Positions 1-10,953 are shown, numbered from the stretch's first letter. The stretch is DNA of 44,395 bases from Vicinamibacterales bacterium (GCA_044238535.1 JBIIDF010000003.1:1-44395); one strand, 5' to 3'. Notes: generated by a model from the letters alone, not told the origin. Numbers and translations are program-made.

Positions 1-50
1 GTGCTGGATGTGGAAGGCTGGCGTCCCCTGCCGGCCGATTGTCCGTCGCG

Positions 51-2606
51 CTAGCGCGGCGGGCGGGCCAGCCACTGCGGCCCTTCGTCTCCGATCGGTG
101 CGCCCGGAGGTGCCGGAGCCGCCGGCAGCATGGTGGTCGGCGCGTTGGGGCGCTCGAGGAAGCGACGGATGTCGGCCGCCAGCAGCATGTGCTGTGCCGC
201 ATCGGCGTCAGACTTACCCGCGTCGGGCGCGATACGCGTGGCCAGCCGCTGCAGCTTCAGTGAGGCCATGGCCCGCACCTGCGCATTCTGATTGGCGGCC
301 GCCAGACCCATGAGCCGGTCGACCATCACGCGCTGTGTGGCGCGGCGGATTTCTTCCTCATAGGGATTGGCGGCGGTGGCGTCGAAGGTGGCTTTCACGA
401 GCCGGTCGATCACCTCGTCCAGCCCGGGCAGGCTCGGGTCGACGGCGTGCTGCGCCACCATGCGGGCGGCCCGTTCAGAGTCGAGCACAAAGCCGATGGT
501 GACGTCGGCCGCGATGGCCCCGGGGGCGATCGGGTCGAAGCCTTCGCCGGTCGTGCGCGGGAACAGCTCGCGGTGCATCGCAAAGCCGGGCGGACGCGGC
601 GGAATGCTGTCGAGCACCTTCCTCGGAATGGTCAGCTCGGACGGCGTGAGCGTGGCGGCCAGTGACTCGAGCGCCCTGCGCTGGTTGGCGGCCGACTCCC
701 ACTTGACCGGTGTGCGACCGTCTCCGCGCATGGCATAGATGTAGTCCTGCCCGGCGATCATCGAAGACGCGCTTTCGACGGTATAGCGGTGATACATGAA
801 GACGGGCACCAGCGGTTCCTCGATGGTGGCCATCGGCGCGCCGTTCCGGATGGTCTCGGGTCCGAGGCGGTCGAGTGCCGAGCGGCGAATCTTCATGAGA
901 CGGTCGAGTTCGTCGGCCTGATTGACCCCGTTCGACCACTGTTCGACGCGCGGGTGGATGTTGGAGTCCTGGTTGGTGAAGTAGCGCAGGTCCTGGTCCC
1001 ACGCCTCAGCGAGGATGCGCGTCAGCTCGGCGTCGACATTGGTGCCCGGGGCGAACTCGCGATAGCCGAAGTTGATGGCCACCTTGTCCCACGCGCCGAT
1101 TTCGGCCGTGTAGGCCTTCGACAGGTCGAGCGTGCCGTCTGGCCTGAGCTCGGCCAGCGGATGCGGATAGTCCATCACCGAGATGCGGCCCTTCGTGCTG
1201 TCGTAGTAGTTGTGGCCAAGGCCCAGCGTATGGCCCACCTCGTGCGCCGACAGCTGGCGGATGCGCGCCATCGCCGTGTCGTAGGCGACCTGCGAGACTT
1301 CGTTGCCCGACTTGTAGGGCGACAGCAGCCCCTCGATGATCATGTGGTCCTGGCGGTCGCGCAGCGAGCCGAGCGTGACGGTGCCCTTGATGATTTCCCC
1401 GGTGCGCGGGTCGGCGATCGATCCGCCCGTGCTCCATCCGCGTGTGGAGCGGTGCACCCAGTTGATCATGTTGTAGCGGATGTCCATCGGGTCGGCACCC
1501 TCGGGAAGCACCGCGACCTTGAAGGCGTTGCGGAACCCGGCGGCCTCGAAGGCCTGGTTCCACCACGACGCGCCCTCGATCAGGGCTTTCTGCACATCGG
1601 GCGGGGCTCCGGGGTCGACCCAGTATTCGATGGGCTTCACCGGCTCACTGATGGCGGCCTTCGGATCTTTCTTCTGCAGCCGGTGCTTGCGGATGTAGCG
1701 CACGATCATCGGCTCGTTCACCTTCGCGCTGTAGTCGGCGAAGGCCAGGCCGCCGTAGCCGGCACGCGGGTCGTCGACGCGCGGCGTGAAGTTGCTGTCC
1801 GGCAGTTCGACAAACGACATGTGCTGGCGCAGGGTGACCGAATCCGGGGTGGGTGTGACGCTGGCCACGGTGCCCGAGAACATGCCGCTTGTGCGGCCGA
1901 CCATCCCGGCCACGGCCGGTGCGGGGATCAGCTCGGGCCCCTGCATCGGACCGGCGCCACCGCGGCCCGAGGGGGGCTGTTCGTTGACAAAGGTCAGGAT
2001 GACGTCGACTTCGGTGTTCTTCGGGAAGCCCTTCACGTTGGGCAGATTGAACCCGCTGCGCGTGCGGTCGACGCGGTAGTTACCCGGCCGCAGCCCGGCG
2101 ACCGCGCCGAACACATCACGCACGAAAAAATCGGTGGCATCGACCAGCACCCGGGGCCCGGTCTCGGCCACGACGGTGAAGCCCCAGAGCATCGACTTGG
2201 CAAACGAGTCTTCCACGGCCTTGCGTTCCAGCGGATTGGTGCTGCTCGCCCGGAAGGTCTGGTTGGGTTGCACCAGCACCATGCGCGCGCCGAGGCGCTG
2301 GAAGAGCACGAGCCGGCCCTGCCCGCCGATGCCGCGGTCGAGCCCGAGGTCGTTCGACCCGAGTCCGGCGGCAAGACCGGTCGAGTAGAGGAACGGCGTC
2401 TCGCCGTGAGCGATCTCGAGCAGCATTGTGCCGGCCCGGTCGTCCGAGTAGAGCGGATAGTAGCCATCGATTTTTCTGAGGCCGCTGACGCGGTCTTCAA
2501 TCGTGGGCAGCGCACCACCCTGACGGGCGGGTGGGGGGGCCGGCTGGGCGGTTGCGGTGGCGGCGGCGGCCACAAGGGCCAGCAGCACAAGACCGTGTCT
2601 GAACAT
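51..2606 (-). CDS. Secreted zinc-dependent metalloprotease (Met-zincin, DUF5117/DUF4953-type)
   Basis: HEVGHTLGLGH zinc motif followed by an SVMDY Met-turn. Signal peptide MFRHGLVLLALVAAAATATA. Start placed at ATG 2606, behind an AAGGAG SD. Confidence 0.9.
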   Translation of the reverse strand: MFRHGLVLLALVAAAATATAQPAPPPARQGGALPTIEDRVSGLRKIDGYYPLYSDDRAGTMLLEIAHGETPFLYSTGLAAGLGSNDLGLDRGIGGQGRLVLFQRLGARMVLVQPNQTFRASSTNPLERKAVEDSFAKSMLWGFTVVAETGPRVLVDATDFFVRDVFGAVAGLRPGNYRVDRTRSGFNLPNVKGFPKNTEVDVILTFVNEQPPSGRGGAGPMQGPELIPAPAVAGMVGRTSGMFSGTVASVTPTPDSVTLRQHMSFVELPDSNFTPRVDDPRAGYGGLAFADYSAKVNEPMIVRYIRKHRLQKKDPKAAISEPVKPIEYWVDPGAPPDVQKALIEGASWWNQAFEAAGFRNAFKVAVLPEGADPMDIRYNMINWVHRSTRGWSTGGSIADPRTGEIIKGTVTLGSLRDRQDHMIIEGLLSPYKSGNEVSQVAYDTAMARIRQLSAHEVGHTLGLGHNYYDSTKGRISVMDYPHPLAELRPDGTLDLSKAYTAEIGAWDKVAINFGYREFAPGTNVDAELTRILAEAWDQDLRYFTNQDSNIHPRVEQWSNGVNQADELDRLMKIRRSALDRLGPETIRNGAPMATIEEPLVPVFMYHRYTVESASSMIAGQDYIYAMRGDGRTPVKWESAANQRRALESLAATLTPSELTIPRKVLDSIPPRPPGFAMHRELFPRTTGEGFDPIAPGAIAADVTIGFVLDSERAARMVAQHAVDPSLPGLDEVIDRLVKATFDATAANPYEEEIRRATQRVMVDRLMGLAAANQNAQVRAMASLKLQRLATRIAPDAGKSDADAAQHMLLAADIRRFLERPNAPTTMLPAAPAPPGAPIGDEGPQWLARPPR

Positions 2607-2662
2607 GCACACTCCTTCGGCCGTCATTCTACGATGGGGGCTGCGCCGGGGGCGCATCCCAA

Positions 2663-3016
2663 ATGACGCACGCACCCATTTACAAAATTGTGGACCTCGC
2701 AGCGTGGCACGCCGCCGAAGCCGCCGGGACCTTCACCGGGGCCGCTATTGATGTGCAGGACGGGTTCATCCATTTCTCGTCGGCCGCGCAGGTCGCCGAG
2801 ACCGCGGCGAAGCACTTCGCCGGACAATCGCACCTGCTGCTGGTGGCCGTGCGTCCCGAGGCCCTCGGAGAGGCCCTGCGATGGGAACTGTCGCGGGGAG
2901 GCGCGCTCTTTCCGCATCTGTACGGACACCTGCCGCTGTCGGCAGTGTCCGCTGTCACGCCGCTCCCGCTCGGCCCCGACGGTCGTCACGTCTTTCCCGC
3001 CGATCTGGAACGCTGA
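2663..3016 (+). CDS. DUF952 domain-containing protein
   Basis: IYKI...W, DGFIHFS, WE.SRGG.LFPHLYG motifs typical of DUF952. Confidence 0.9.
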   Translation: MTHAPIYKIVDLAAWHAAEAAGTFTGAAIDVQDGFIHFSSAAQVAETAAKHFAGQSHLLLVAVRPEALGEALRWELSRGGALFPHLYGHLPLSAVSAVTPLPLGPDGRHVFPADLER

Positions 3017-3168
3017 GACTCGGCAACCGGCAGGGCCACCCGTCTGGCGTCCTGAGTCGCCACCCGAACACCGGTGCCCCTGCACGCCTCCGGTGTGTCC
3101 CACGGCGGTGGTCCCGGGCGGGCCTGCGCGCTCGACCCCGGTCTCTTTTCCAGCCTCTGTCCCTGGAG

Positions 3169-3645
<477 letters not shown>

Positions 3646-3703
3646 GGGGGCTCCTTGGTTCGCGGCCCGCGGGCGGGCCACCCTGCGATTGTAAGATGGC
3701 CGC

Positions 3704-4606
3704 ATGGTCACGCTGCCAGTCATCGGGCTCCTGTCCCTGGTGCTCCAGGGGACACCGGGAGGCGCTGGCCCCGACCCCGCGCTGCGTACCACCTACCGGT
3801 GCGGCGGCGATCTGGTAATACCGGTGTGGGCGTCCGGTGCGGGCCTCGATCTCTTTCTCGACGGACGCCTCGAGCGGCTTGTGGCTCCGCGCCCGTCGCA
3901 GCCTCGCTATGTGAATGAGCGCCGCGAGTGGCGTGTGACGCGCGACGGCGCGCGGCTGTCGATTCCCGGGCAGAGCGACACACTGCGACAGGACTGCGTG
4001 CCCGACGGTCACCAGAGCTTCGTGCCGTCGATCGGGCCGCAGGTGGTGACGTGCGACGATGCGCGCAGCGTGGTGCTGCGGCCGCGGCTCGAGGGGCTGC
4101 GGATCGATTTTCAGGGAGAGTCGTTCGACCTGCGCGAGGTGCCGCAGCCAGGCGGCATCCTCTACCTCGGGGCTCAGCGCCGATGGCGCGGCAAGCCTGG
4201 CGCCCTCACGCTATCGGACGCAGACGGCTCGCGCGTGCAGGCGCGCAACTGCCGCTGGGTCGGGGCGGCAGAGACGGCGCGCCTCGAGGGCACGGTCCGC
4301 GTGAACGGTGGTCGCTCCCTGCCACCCGGGACCATCGTCGAGGTGCGGCTCGTCGAGGCGTCGCGTGCCGACGCCCAGGCGACGTCGCTGGCGCGGCAGG
4401 TGCTGATCGTACCGGCCGGGTCGGCGCCGTTCCCGTTTGCGGTGACGTATGCGCCAGCGGTCGTGCCGATGGGTGGACATTATCTGCTGCAGGCAACCGC
4501 CTCGGTGCAGGGCCGCGTGCGCTGGCGGACGACGACGGCGGTCGTGGTGCTGTCGGATGAGATGCGCGCCGGGCCGGTGACCCTCGCGCTCGAGCCGATG
4601 CGGTGA
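3704..4606 (+). CDS. Exported protein with two MliC-like domains and a C-terminal YbaY/YscW-like domain
   Basis: N-terminal hydrophobic signal, then two ~70-aa units each bracketed by Cys (YRC...QDC; VTC...RNC). The C-terminus GTV...LPPGT.VEVRLVEASRADA...PFPFAVTY is YbaY-like. Confidence 0.65.
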   Translation: MVTLPVIGLLSLVLQGTPGGAGPDPALRTTYRCGGDLVIPVWASGAGLDLFLDGRLERLVAPRPSQPRYVNERREWRVTRDGARLSIPGQSDTLRQDCVPDGHQSFVPSIGPQVVTCDDARSVVLRPRLEGLRIDFQGESFDLREVPQPGGILYLGAQRRWRGKPGALTLSDADGSRVQARNCRWVGAAETARLEGTVRVNGGRSLPPGTIVEVRLVEASRADAQATSLARQVLIVPAGSAPFPFAVTYAPAVVPMGGHYLLQATASVQGRVRWRTTTAVVVLSDEMRAGPVTLALEPMR

Positions 4607-4656
4607 GCGGGTGGGCCCCGTGACGCGCGGGAGCTGGAGCAGCGTCGGCGCGCCGC

Positions 4657-6897
4657 TCAGAAGCTGAACAGATGCGTGTACTTGAGGGTCAGCGCGCGGG
4701 CGGGGAGCTGCTGGGCTGTGGGGCGACTGATGTCGATGAAGTGCGTGTCGTTGTAGACCAGGAAGAGGTCGCTCAACGGCCGGTGTATGAAGTGATAGCG
4801 GATGTTTGACGCCAGCTGCCGCGTGACGCTGTTGTACTGAATGAACGCCGACAGGAACATCCGCGTCGAGAACGACGCATCGATGCGGGCCACGGCGAGC
4901 CCGGTGGTGAAGCGCGTGGCCGGCAGCGTGACGACATCACGACTGTAGGTGAGGCTGGTCGCCAGTTTCTCGCTGAGGCGCATACGGCCGCCCAGCGAGA
5001 ACCCCGTGCGCGATCCGTTGTAGAACTCTCCGCCGCGGAACTGGAAACCTGGTGCGAACCGGCGCGCCACCTGCGCGTCGTATGACGCCACATAGTTGAT
5101 GAACTGATAGCGGCCCGGGGCAATCGACTGGCCTGGGGCAATGCCCTGGGGGCGGAACGCCGCCACCAGCAGCTCTTCGTCCCAGGTGGCCGCGAACTCG
5201 GCCACCGAGGCATCGGCCATTTCGACCTGCACGGTCGGGCTGATGAGCGCCGTCTCCACGCCGATGGGCCTGCCCGTCGCCGGGTTGATGCGGCCGCGCG
5301 TGAAGCGCGACATCGGCAGCTGTGGACGGATCTCGCGGATGCGCCGTGCCATTCGCGTCGGCCTCACGCGACGCATCAGGTTGGTCGTGAGGATGTCGAC
5401 GCCCTGCCGCGGCACAAACCCCAGTTCGTCGCGGAATGTGTCACCGAGCGAGGTGTAGCTCAGCGTGTACTGCGTGAGACCGCGGTCGACCTGCGTACCG
5501 GCGCGCCAGGCGAGGCCCTCGCCGATGCCGTTCTTCTCAGACCGCATGATCATGCCGTCGACCTGCCATTCGCGCGTGGGATTGAGGCGCGTATCGGCTC
5601 CGAATAGCCGGTTGTAGCCCGCGCCGCGTTCCTTGCCGAGGTAGAACACGCCCGCCGACGAATTGCGGAAGAATTCGCGACCGAGTCGCAGCACGGTGAC
5701 GTTCGCTGCGGGCAGCGGGGCGAGGCCACCCGTGCGCACCTCCTGTTCGGTCTGCATGTTGAGCATCGCGACGCTGGTGCGGCCCACCTTGCCGGTGAGT
5801 CGTCCCCCACCGACCACCGGGATGGGCGTGCCGGTGTCGCTGAGGCCGATGGTGCGGCTGAAGAACGGCACCAGATTGCTGCTGCTCGAGGCGGGCGGGC
5901 CGATTTGGAAGGCGCCCTGATTTTCCAGAAAGAATTCACGCTTTTCCGGGAAAAACAGACTGAAGCGGGTGAGGTTGATCTGCTGGGCGTCGGTTTCCAC
6001 CTGCGAAAAATCAGTGCGCACCGTTGCGTCGAGCACCAGGTTGGTGCCGATGCCAATCTTGGCATCGAGCCCACCATCGAACCGGGTCGAGTCGACCTGC
6101 TGGAGGTGGCGCGCCTCGCCGATGGCAAACGGCTTCAGCCGGATGTTGCGGCCGGGCGTCACGCCGCGGATACCCTCGAGCACTCCGGCGTATGACGTCT
6201 TGAACTGGTTGAACTGGCGGGGCACGGGATTCCACACGGTCTGTTCGTTGCTGTGCCTGATCAGGCGGAACACCTGCAGGCCCCACACCTGCAGCTCGCT
6301 GCGGGGAAAGCGCAGCTGCTTGAAGGGAATGGCCTCTTCGACGGTCCATCCGTGCTCGTCAATCGTCGACCGGCAGGTCCACGCCCCATCCCAATTCGCA
6401 TTGATCGTGCGGCCATCGTCGTATGACTGCGAATCGCGGATGGCGCAGCCGGGATTGGTCTGGAAGTTGTAGGCGTTGAGCTTGTCGAGGAACGTGTCGA
6501 GCACCACGACAAAGAGGTCGCCGGCACGGGCATTGAAGTCGCGCTTGAGCTCGTTGACGACGAGGCGCGAGGGTTCATCTTCGTGGAACCGTGCGCCGAT
6601 GTAGAGATGCTCTTCGTCGTAGAGGAAGCGGATTTCCGAGCGATGCGCATCGGAGACTGGTGCGCCTTCGGCGGGCTGCTGCTGCACGAAGTGGTCGGCG
6701 ACCGGTGTTGACTGCCATTCACCTTCGGACAGCTGCCCGTCGATGGTGATGCGCCCGCGTTCGATGCGGGTGGCCTGTGCGCGCTTCTGCGGTGCGGTGG
6801 TTGCCGGCGGTGCCTGTGCAGCGGCCCGGTGCGGCATGACGAGCAGGCCGCAGCAGAGCACGAATGTATTGAGCGATGCGAAACGAACCTGAAGCAT
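4657..6897 (-). CDS. DUF5916 / CBM9-like outer-membrane protein
   Basis: Signal peptide, ITIDGQLSEGEW...YDEEHLYIG (CBM9-like), DFSQVETD..QINLTRFSLFFPEKREFFLE and FFSRTIG motifs, aromatic C-terminal F. Confidence 0.88.
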   Translation of the reverse strand: MLQVRFASLNTFVLCCGLLVMPHRAAAQAPPATTAPQKRAQATRIERGRITIDGQLSEGEWQSTPVADHFVQQQPAEGAPVSDAHRSEIRFLYDEEHLYIGARFHEDEPSRLVVNELKRDFNARAGDLFVVVLDTFLDKLNAYNFQTNPGCAIRDSQSYDDGRTINANWDGAWTCRSTIDEHGWTVEEAIPFKQLRFPRSELQVWGLQVFRLIRHSNEQTVWNPVPRQFNQFKTSYAGVLEGIRGVTPGRNIRLKPFAIGEARHLQQVDSTRFDGGLDAKIGIGTNLVLDATVRTDFSQVETDAQQINLTRFSLFFPEKREFFLENQGAFQIGPPASSSSNLVPFFSRTIGLSDTGTPIPVVGGGRLTGKVGRTSVAMLNMQTEQEVRTGGLAPLPAANVTVLRLGREFFRNSSAGVFYLGKERGAGYNRLFGADTRLNPTREWQVDGMIMRSEKNGIGEGLAWRAGTQVDRGLTQYTLSYTSLGDTFRDELGFVPRQGVDILTTNLMRRVRPTRMARRIREIRPQLPMSRFTRGRINPATGRPIGVETALISPTVQVEMADASVAEFAATWDEELLVAAFRPQGIAPGQSIAPGRYQFINYVASYDAQVARRFAPGFQFRGGEFYNGSRTGFSLGGRMRLSEKLATSLTYSRDVVTLPATRFTTGLAVARIDASFSTRMFLSAFIQYNSVTRQLASNIRYHFIHRPLSDLFLVYNDTHFIDISRPTAQQLPARALTLKYTHLFSF

Positions 6898-6969
6898 TGC
6901 GCGGGGTCATGATACGCGACCGGGTGCGCGGCTTGCCGGTCTCCCCCGTCTCAGTGGTTCAATGGCAGG

Positions 6970-7782
6970 ATGATTTCTGACACGAGAGTGGCGGCCTCGC
7001 GCATTGGGGCCGATGATGCGCCGCGTGCGCTGGTGATGCTGCACGGCATCTACGGGCGCGGGCGTAACTGGCAGGGCATCGCGCGGGCGTTGGTGGCGGC
7101 TCGGCCCGACTACGCCTGCTGGCTGGTTGACCTGCCGCATCACGGCGACTCGGGCCGCGGGCCCGGTGCGCCCGGGGTGCGCGACTGTGCCGAGGCCGTG
7201 CTGGGCTGGCTGGCCTCGACGGGGCTGACGCCGCGCGCTTTGCTGGGGCACTCGTACGGCGGGAAGGTGGCGTTGGCGATGCTGCCGTCCCTTCATGCGG
7301 TGCCGCTCCAGGTGTGGGTCATCGATTCCACGCCGGAAACCAAGCCCGCCAGCGGCAGTGCCTGGGACATGCTGCGCCTGGTGCGCCGGTTGCCCGCGCG
7401 GTTTACCAGCCGTCAGGAGGCGCAGGAGGCGCTGATGGCGGGCGGTGTCGAACTGGGCGTGGCGCAGTGGATGGCCACCAACCTGGTGCGCGACGGCGAC
7501 CACCTGCGGTGGGGGCTCGACTTCGAGGTGATGGACGCGCTGCTGCACGACTTCTTCCGGACCGACATGTGGGCGCCCGTCGAGCAGCGATCACCGCTGC
7601 ACGACATTCATGTGCTGAAGGCAACGCGGTCCGAAGCGATCTCAGCGGGGGCGCTGGCACGACTGCAGGCCGCGGCGGGTGCGGGACTGACCGTGCACAC
7701 CGAAGAGGGGGGGCACTGGATTCACGCGGAGCGGCCCGACCTGATGGTGCGTCTGCTGAGCGAGGGGTTGCCGCGGCCGTAG
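6970..7782 (+). CDS. Alpha/beta-fold hydrolase (YbfF/ABHD11-like esterase)
   Basis: LHGIYG, DLPHHG, nucleophile elbow GHSYGG, C-terminal GHWIHAERP. Confidence 0.9.
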   Translation: MISDTRVAASRIGADDAPRALVMLHGIYGRGRNWQGIARALVAARPDYACWLVDLPHHGDSGRGPGAPGVRDCAEAVLGWLASTGLTPRALLGHSYGGKVALAMLPSLHAVPLQVWVIDSTPETKPASGSAWDMLRLVRRLPARFTSRQEAQEALMAGGVELGVAQWMATNLVRDGDHLRWGLDFEVMDALLHDFFRTDMWAPVEQRSPLHDIHVLKATRSEAISAGALARLQAAAGAGLTVHTEEGGHWIHAERPDLMVRLLSEGLPRP

Positions 7783-7906
7783 CGGGTGTCCGCGTGCGGA
7801 CGCGGGAGGCTAGTGGGACCCGGCCGGATGATGTCGGGGACGTGCGCTGCGGACGAAGGTCTGAGACAGTCCGGGCAGAGGGCGTCCCGGGAGCGGGGCC
7901 GCGACG

Positions 7907-7932
7907 GCCCGGGCGCCGAGCGGCACCCGGGC
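7907..7932. terminator. GC-rich hairpin between convergent genes, possible terminator
   Basis: GCCCGGG-C-GCC...GGC-A-CCCGGGC inverted repeat with no clear U-tract. Confidence 0.3.
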
Positions 7933-7948
7933 GCAGTCGCGTGCGGTG

Positions 7949-8401
7949 TTACGGGGTGACGAGGAAGCGGATGGCGCCGGTTTCGGCCACCGGCTTGCCG
8001 GCCGCTGATGCCTTCACCTGCCAGAAGTAGGCCTCGGGTTCCAGGGCGATGGTATTGGGCAGGTGGGCCTCGGTGGTGGTCAGCGCCGGGCTTTCCCAGA
8101 GCACGCGGCCATCGGTGACGGCCGTCACCTTGACCACATACGCGTCAGCGCCGGGCACGGCTTCCCAGCGGAACAGGTCGATGTGTCCCGACGAGCTGCC
8201 TTCCTTGGGCTCGAGCGGAATGATGACGCCGGCTGGCGCAGCCGCCGGTGTGGCGGGAGCCGCCGAGGTGTCGGCCGCAGGGGCCGGAGTGGCCGGTGCC
8301 TCAGCCGGTGTGGACGAGCCGCCACCGCAGGCTGCGGTCACCAGGACCACGGCAGCCGTTGACAGCATCACTGACAGTCGCGAACGAAGTGTGACGTGCA
8401 T
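7949..8401 (-). CDS. Hypothetical lipoprotein (Pro/Ala linker plus small FnIII/Ig-like beta domain)
   Basis: Lipobox-like VTAAC, a PA-rich linker, then FRWEAVPGADAYVV...YFWQVKA. TATGAT -10 lies 6 nt upstream of the ATG. Confidence 0.75.
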   Translation of the reverse strand: MHVTLRSRLSVMLSTAAVVLVTAACGGGSSTPAEAPATPAPAADTSAAPATPAAAPAGVIIPLEPKEGSSSGHIDLFRWEAVPGADAYVVKVTAVTDGRVLWESPALTTTEAHLPNTIALEPEAYFWQVKASAAGKPVAETGAIRFLVTP

Positions 8402-8431
8402 CTGAAAATCATAGCGCGTATGCTGTGCGGC
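8402..8431. promoter_or_regulatory. Back-to-back leaderless promoters
   Basis: Plus strand: TATGCT (8419-8424) 7 nt before ATG 8432. Minus strand: TATGAT (8413-8408) 6 nt before ATG 8401. Neither gene has an SD. Confidence 0.6.
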
Positions 8432-9028
8432 ATGAAGACCATGTCCTCGGTGCTGACCGCGACCCTCGTGCTGGCCCTGCCCCTCGTGGCGGCGGCTCAG
8501 GCCCCCGCCCCCGGTGCTGCCCCGGCGCAGCCGCCCCGCCCGGCCCTGACGCTGACCACGCCGGCATTTCCCGACGGCGACCCCATTCCCGTGAAGTACA
8601 CGCAGGCCGGTGAGCAGGTTTCGCCTGTGCTCAACTGGACCAACGTGCCGGCCGGCACGCAGAGCTTTGTGCTGCACATGCGCGACCCCGACGTGGCGCG
8701 CAATCGCGGCACCGAAGATCAGGTGCACTGGCTGGTGTGGAATCTCCCCGGCACGGCGACCGGCCTTCCGGAAGGGGTACCCAAGGGCGCGACGCTGCCG
8801 GATGGCAGCCAGCAGGTCAGCGCAAGCGGCCCGGTTTACCGTGGCCCCGGCGCTCCGGCGTCAGGGCCGCAGCATCACTACACATTCGAGCTCTATGCCC
8901 TCGACACGAAGCTCGACGTGCCGGCTGGCGCTGATGCGTGGGTGACCCGCACGGCGGTGTGGAAGGCCATGGAAGGCCACGTGCTCGGCAAGGCCGTCTA
9001 CGTCGGGCTGTTCCGTCGGCCGCAGTAG
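8432..9028 (+). CDS. YbhB/YbcL family Raf kinase inhibitor-like (PEBP) protein
   Basis: SP.LNW, DPD, HWLVWNLP, Y.GP.AP..GP.HHYTFELYALD motifs and a signal peptide. Confidence 0.93.
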   Translation: MKTMSSVLTATLVLALPLVAAAQAPAPGAAPAQPPRPALTLTTPAFPDGDPIPVKYTQAGEQVSPVLNWTNVPAGTQSFVLHMRDPDVARNRGTEDQVHWLVWNLPGTATGLPEGVPKGATLPDGSQQVSASGPVYRGPGAPASGPQHHYTFELYALDTKLDVPAGADAWVTRTAVWKAMEGHVLGKAVYVGLFRRPQ

Positions 9029-9261
9029 CGCGGACGGGTCGGCGGGCGTGGCTGTCCTCGTCCGCCGTTCCGGTCGCCACTCGTCGTACGACGTCCACGA
9101 GGCATTCTTCGGCCCTGAGACGCCGCGACGACGGACGCTCTTCGACCGATCTCTCGTCCGTATCGCTGGCCCTGTGCGCCTCTGAGCCGGCACCCGGCGA
9201 CGCCTCGACGCGCACGTCTCGCGTCTGCATGCATGGGGCGGGCCGCACGGCCACGGCCGTC

Positions 9262-10953
9262 TCAGGGCGCAGTCGCCGGCAACGTCGGCACAAACGACGG
9301 CAGTGCGTAGGCGAAGATCATCGAGATGATGCCCATCACCACCATCAGCAGCACACTGTGCCTGATCGTGAACCGGAACAGCCGGCTCTCATCGTCGGCG
9401 GTCATACCCGTCGCAGCGACGGCCACGGCGATGCTCTGCACGGAAATCATCTTGCCCATCACGCCGGCGGCCGAGTTCACCGAGGCGGTCAGCACGGGGT
9501 TCAGGCCCAGCGCATTGGCCGTCACCACCTGCAGGTTGCCGAAGAGCGCGTTGGCCGACGTGTCGCTGCCCGTGAGGAATACACCCAGCCATCCGACGAC
9601 GGCGCTGAAGAAGGGGAAGGCGACGCCACTGGCCGCGAGGGCGAGGCCGAGGGTTGAGGTCATGCCCGAGTAATTCATCAGGTAGGCCAGCCCCAGCATC
9701 GAGGCAATCGTCAGCATCGCAAAGCTCAGCTGCGCGAACGTGGCCCGATAGATGCCCACCACCTGCCGCGGCTTCACGCCGAGCAGCAGCGCCGTGACCA
9801 GCGTGGCCAGGAAGCACGCCGTGCCCGAGGCGCTCAGCCAGTTGAGCGTGAACACCGCCGCGTAGGGTGCGGGCGCCGCCGTCACGGGCGGAATGCGCGT
9901 GATGGCATTGTGCAGTCCGGGCACCATGATTCCGTTCAGCCCGGTGGGTGCCTGGGGCAGCCACGAGGGCATCACACCGTGCGTCCAGCGGTCGATGGCC
10001 GCCTTGATCTCGGGCTCGCCCCACGTGAGCACAAACACCACCAGCAGCAGGTAGGGCAGCCAGGCCAGCAGCATGTCGCGCCCCGAGTGCTTCAGTGAGG
10101 CATGCGTGACCGGCGCGTCGCCGTCGAGGCGCATGATCGAGGCGGGCTTCCACAGCTTGAGCACGGCCACCATCACCACGATGCAGGTGAGCGAACTGAG
10201 GATGTCGGTCAGCTCGGGGCCCATGTAGTTCGACACAAAGAACTGCATGCCCGCGAATGACAGGCCGCACGCCAGGATGGCGGGCAGCACTTCCAGGGCC
10301 CGCTGCCGTCCCGCCATGACCACGATGAGATAGCCGGGGATGATGACCGAGATCATCGCGCAGAGGCGTCCGACCATGGCCGACAGCGGCAGCACCGGCA
10401 GGCCCGTGACGTTGGCGAGTGTGGTCACGGGAATCCCGATGGAACCGAAGGCCACAGGTGCTGTGTTGGCCAGTAGGCAGATCCCTGCGGCATAGAACGG
10501 ATTGAAGCCGAGCCCCGCGAGCATGGCGCCCGACACGGCGACCGGGGCGCCGAAGCCGGCGGCTCCTTCGATGAAGGCCCCGAACGAGAAGGCAATGAAC
10601 ATGGCCTGCAGCCGGCGGTCATCGGTGAGGCTGCCGACCGAGTCCTTGATGATTTCGAACTTGCCCGTGTCGACGGCCAGGCGATAGAGCATGATCGACG
10701 AGAAGACAATCCAGGCGATGGGGAAGAGGCCGTAGGCCGCTCCGTAGACGGTCGAGATGAGAGCCATCGGCACCGGCATGCCGTAGACGCCGACGGCGAC
10801 GGCCAGGGCGGTGGCCAGTGCGGCCAGGGCGGCCTTCCATGACGGCAGGCGCCAGACACCGAGCAACAGGAAGAGCACCAGGATGGGCAGGGCGGCGACC
10901 GGGGCCGAGAGGGCCAGACTGCCGCCGAGGGGTTCATAGTTGTGCTGCCACAT
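9262..10953 (-). CDS. lctP: L-lactate/glycolate permease (LctP family)
   Basis: Polytopic membrane protein with FIEGAAGFGAP, LANTAPVAFGS.G.P, FLTGSDTSANALFG and GKMIS.QSIAV. ATG 10953 has an AGGAG SD. Confidence 0.93.
   Translation of the reverse strand: MWQHNYEPLGGSLALSAPVAALPILVLFLLLGVWRLPSWKAALAALATALAVAVGVYGMPVPMALISTVYGAAYGLFPIAWIVFSSIMLYRLAVDTGKFEIIKDSVGSLTDDRRLQAMFIAFSFGAFIEGAAGFGAPVAVSGAMLAGLGFNPFYAAGICLLANTAPVAFGSIGIPVTTLANVTGLPVLPLSAMVGRLCAMISVIIPGYLIVVMAGRQRALEVLPAILACGLSFAGMQFFVSNYMGPELTDILSSLTCIVVMVAVLKLWKPASIMRLDGDAPVTHASLKHSGRDMLLAWLPYLLLVVFVLTWGEPEIKAAIDRWTHGVMPSWLPQAPTGLNGIMVPGLHNAITRIPPVTAAPAPYAAVFTLNWLSASGTACFLATLVTALLLGVKPRQVVGIYRATFAQLSFAMLTIASMLGLAYLMNYSGMTSTLGLALAASGVAFPFFSAVVGWLGVFLTGSDTSANALFGNLQVVTANALGLNPVLTASVNSAAGVMGKMISVQSIAVAVAATGMTADDESRLFRFTIRHSVLLMVVMGIISMIFAYALPSFVPTLPATAP

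Noticed and set aside
9029-9261. 233-bp gap between convergent genes as an ncRNA or mobile remnant
   Set aside because: No convincing long stem, terminal repeats, promoter or ORF.
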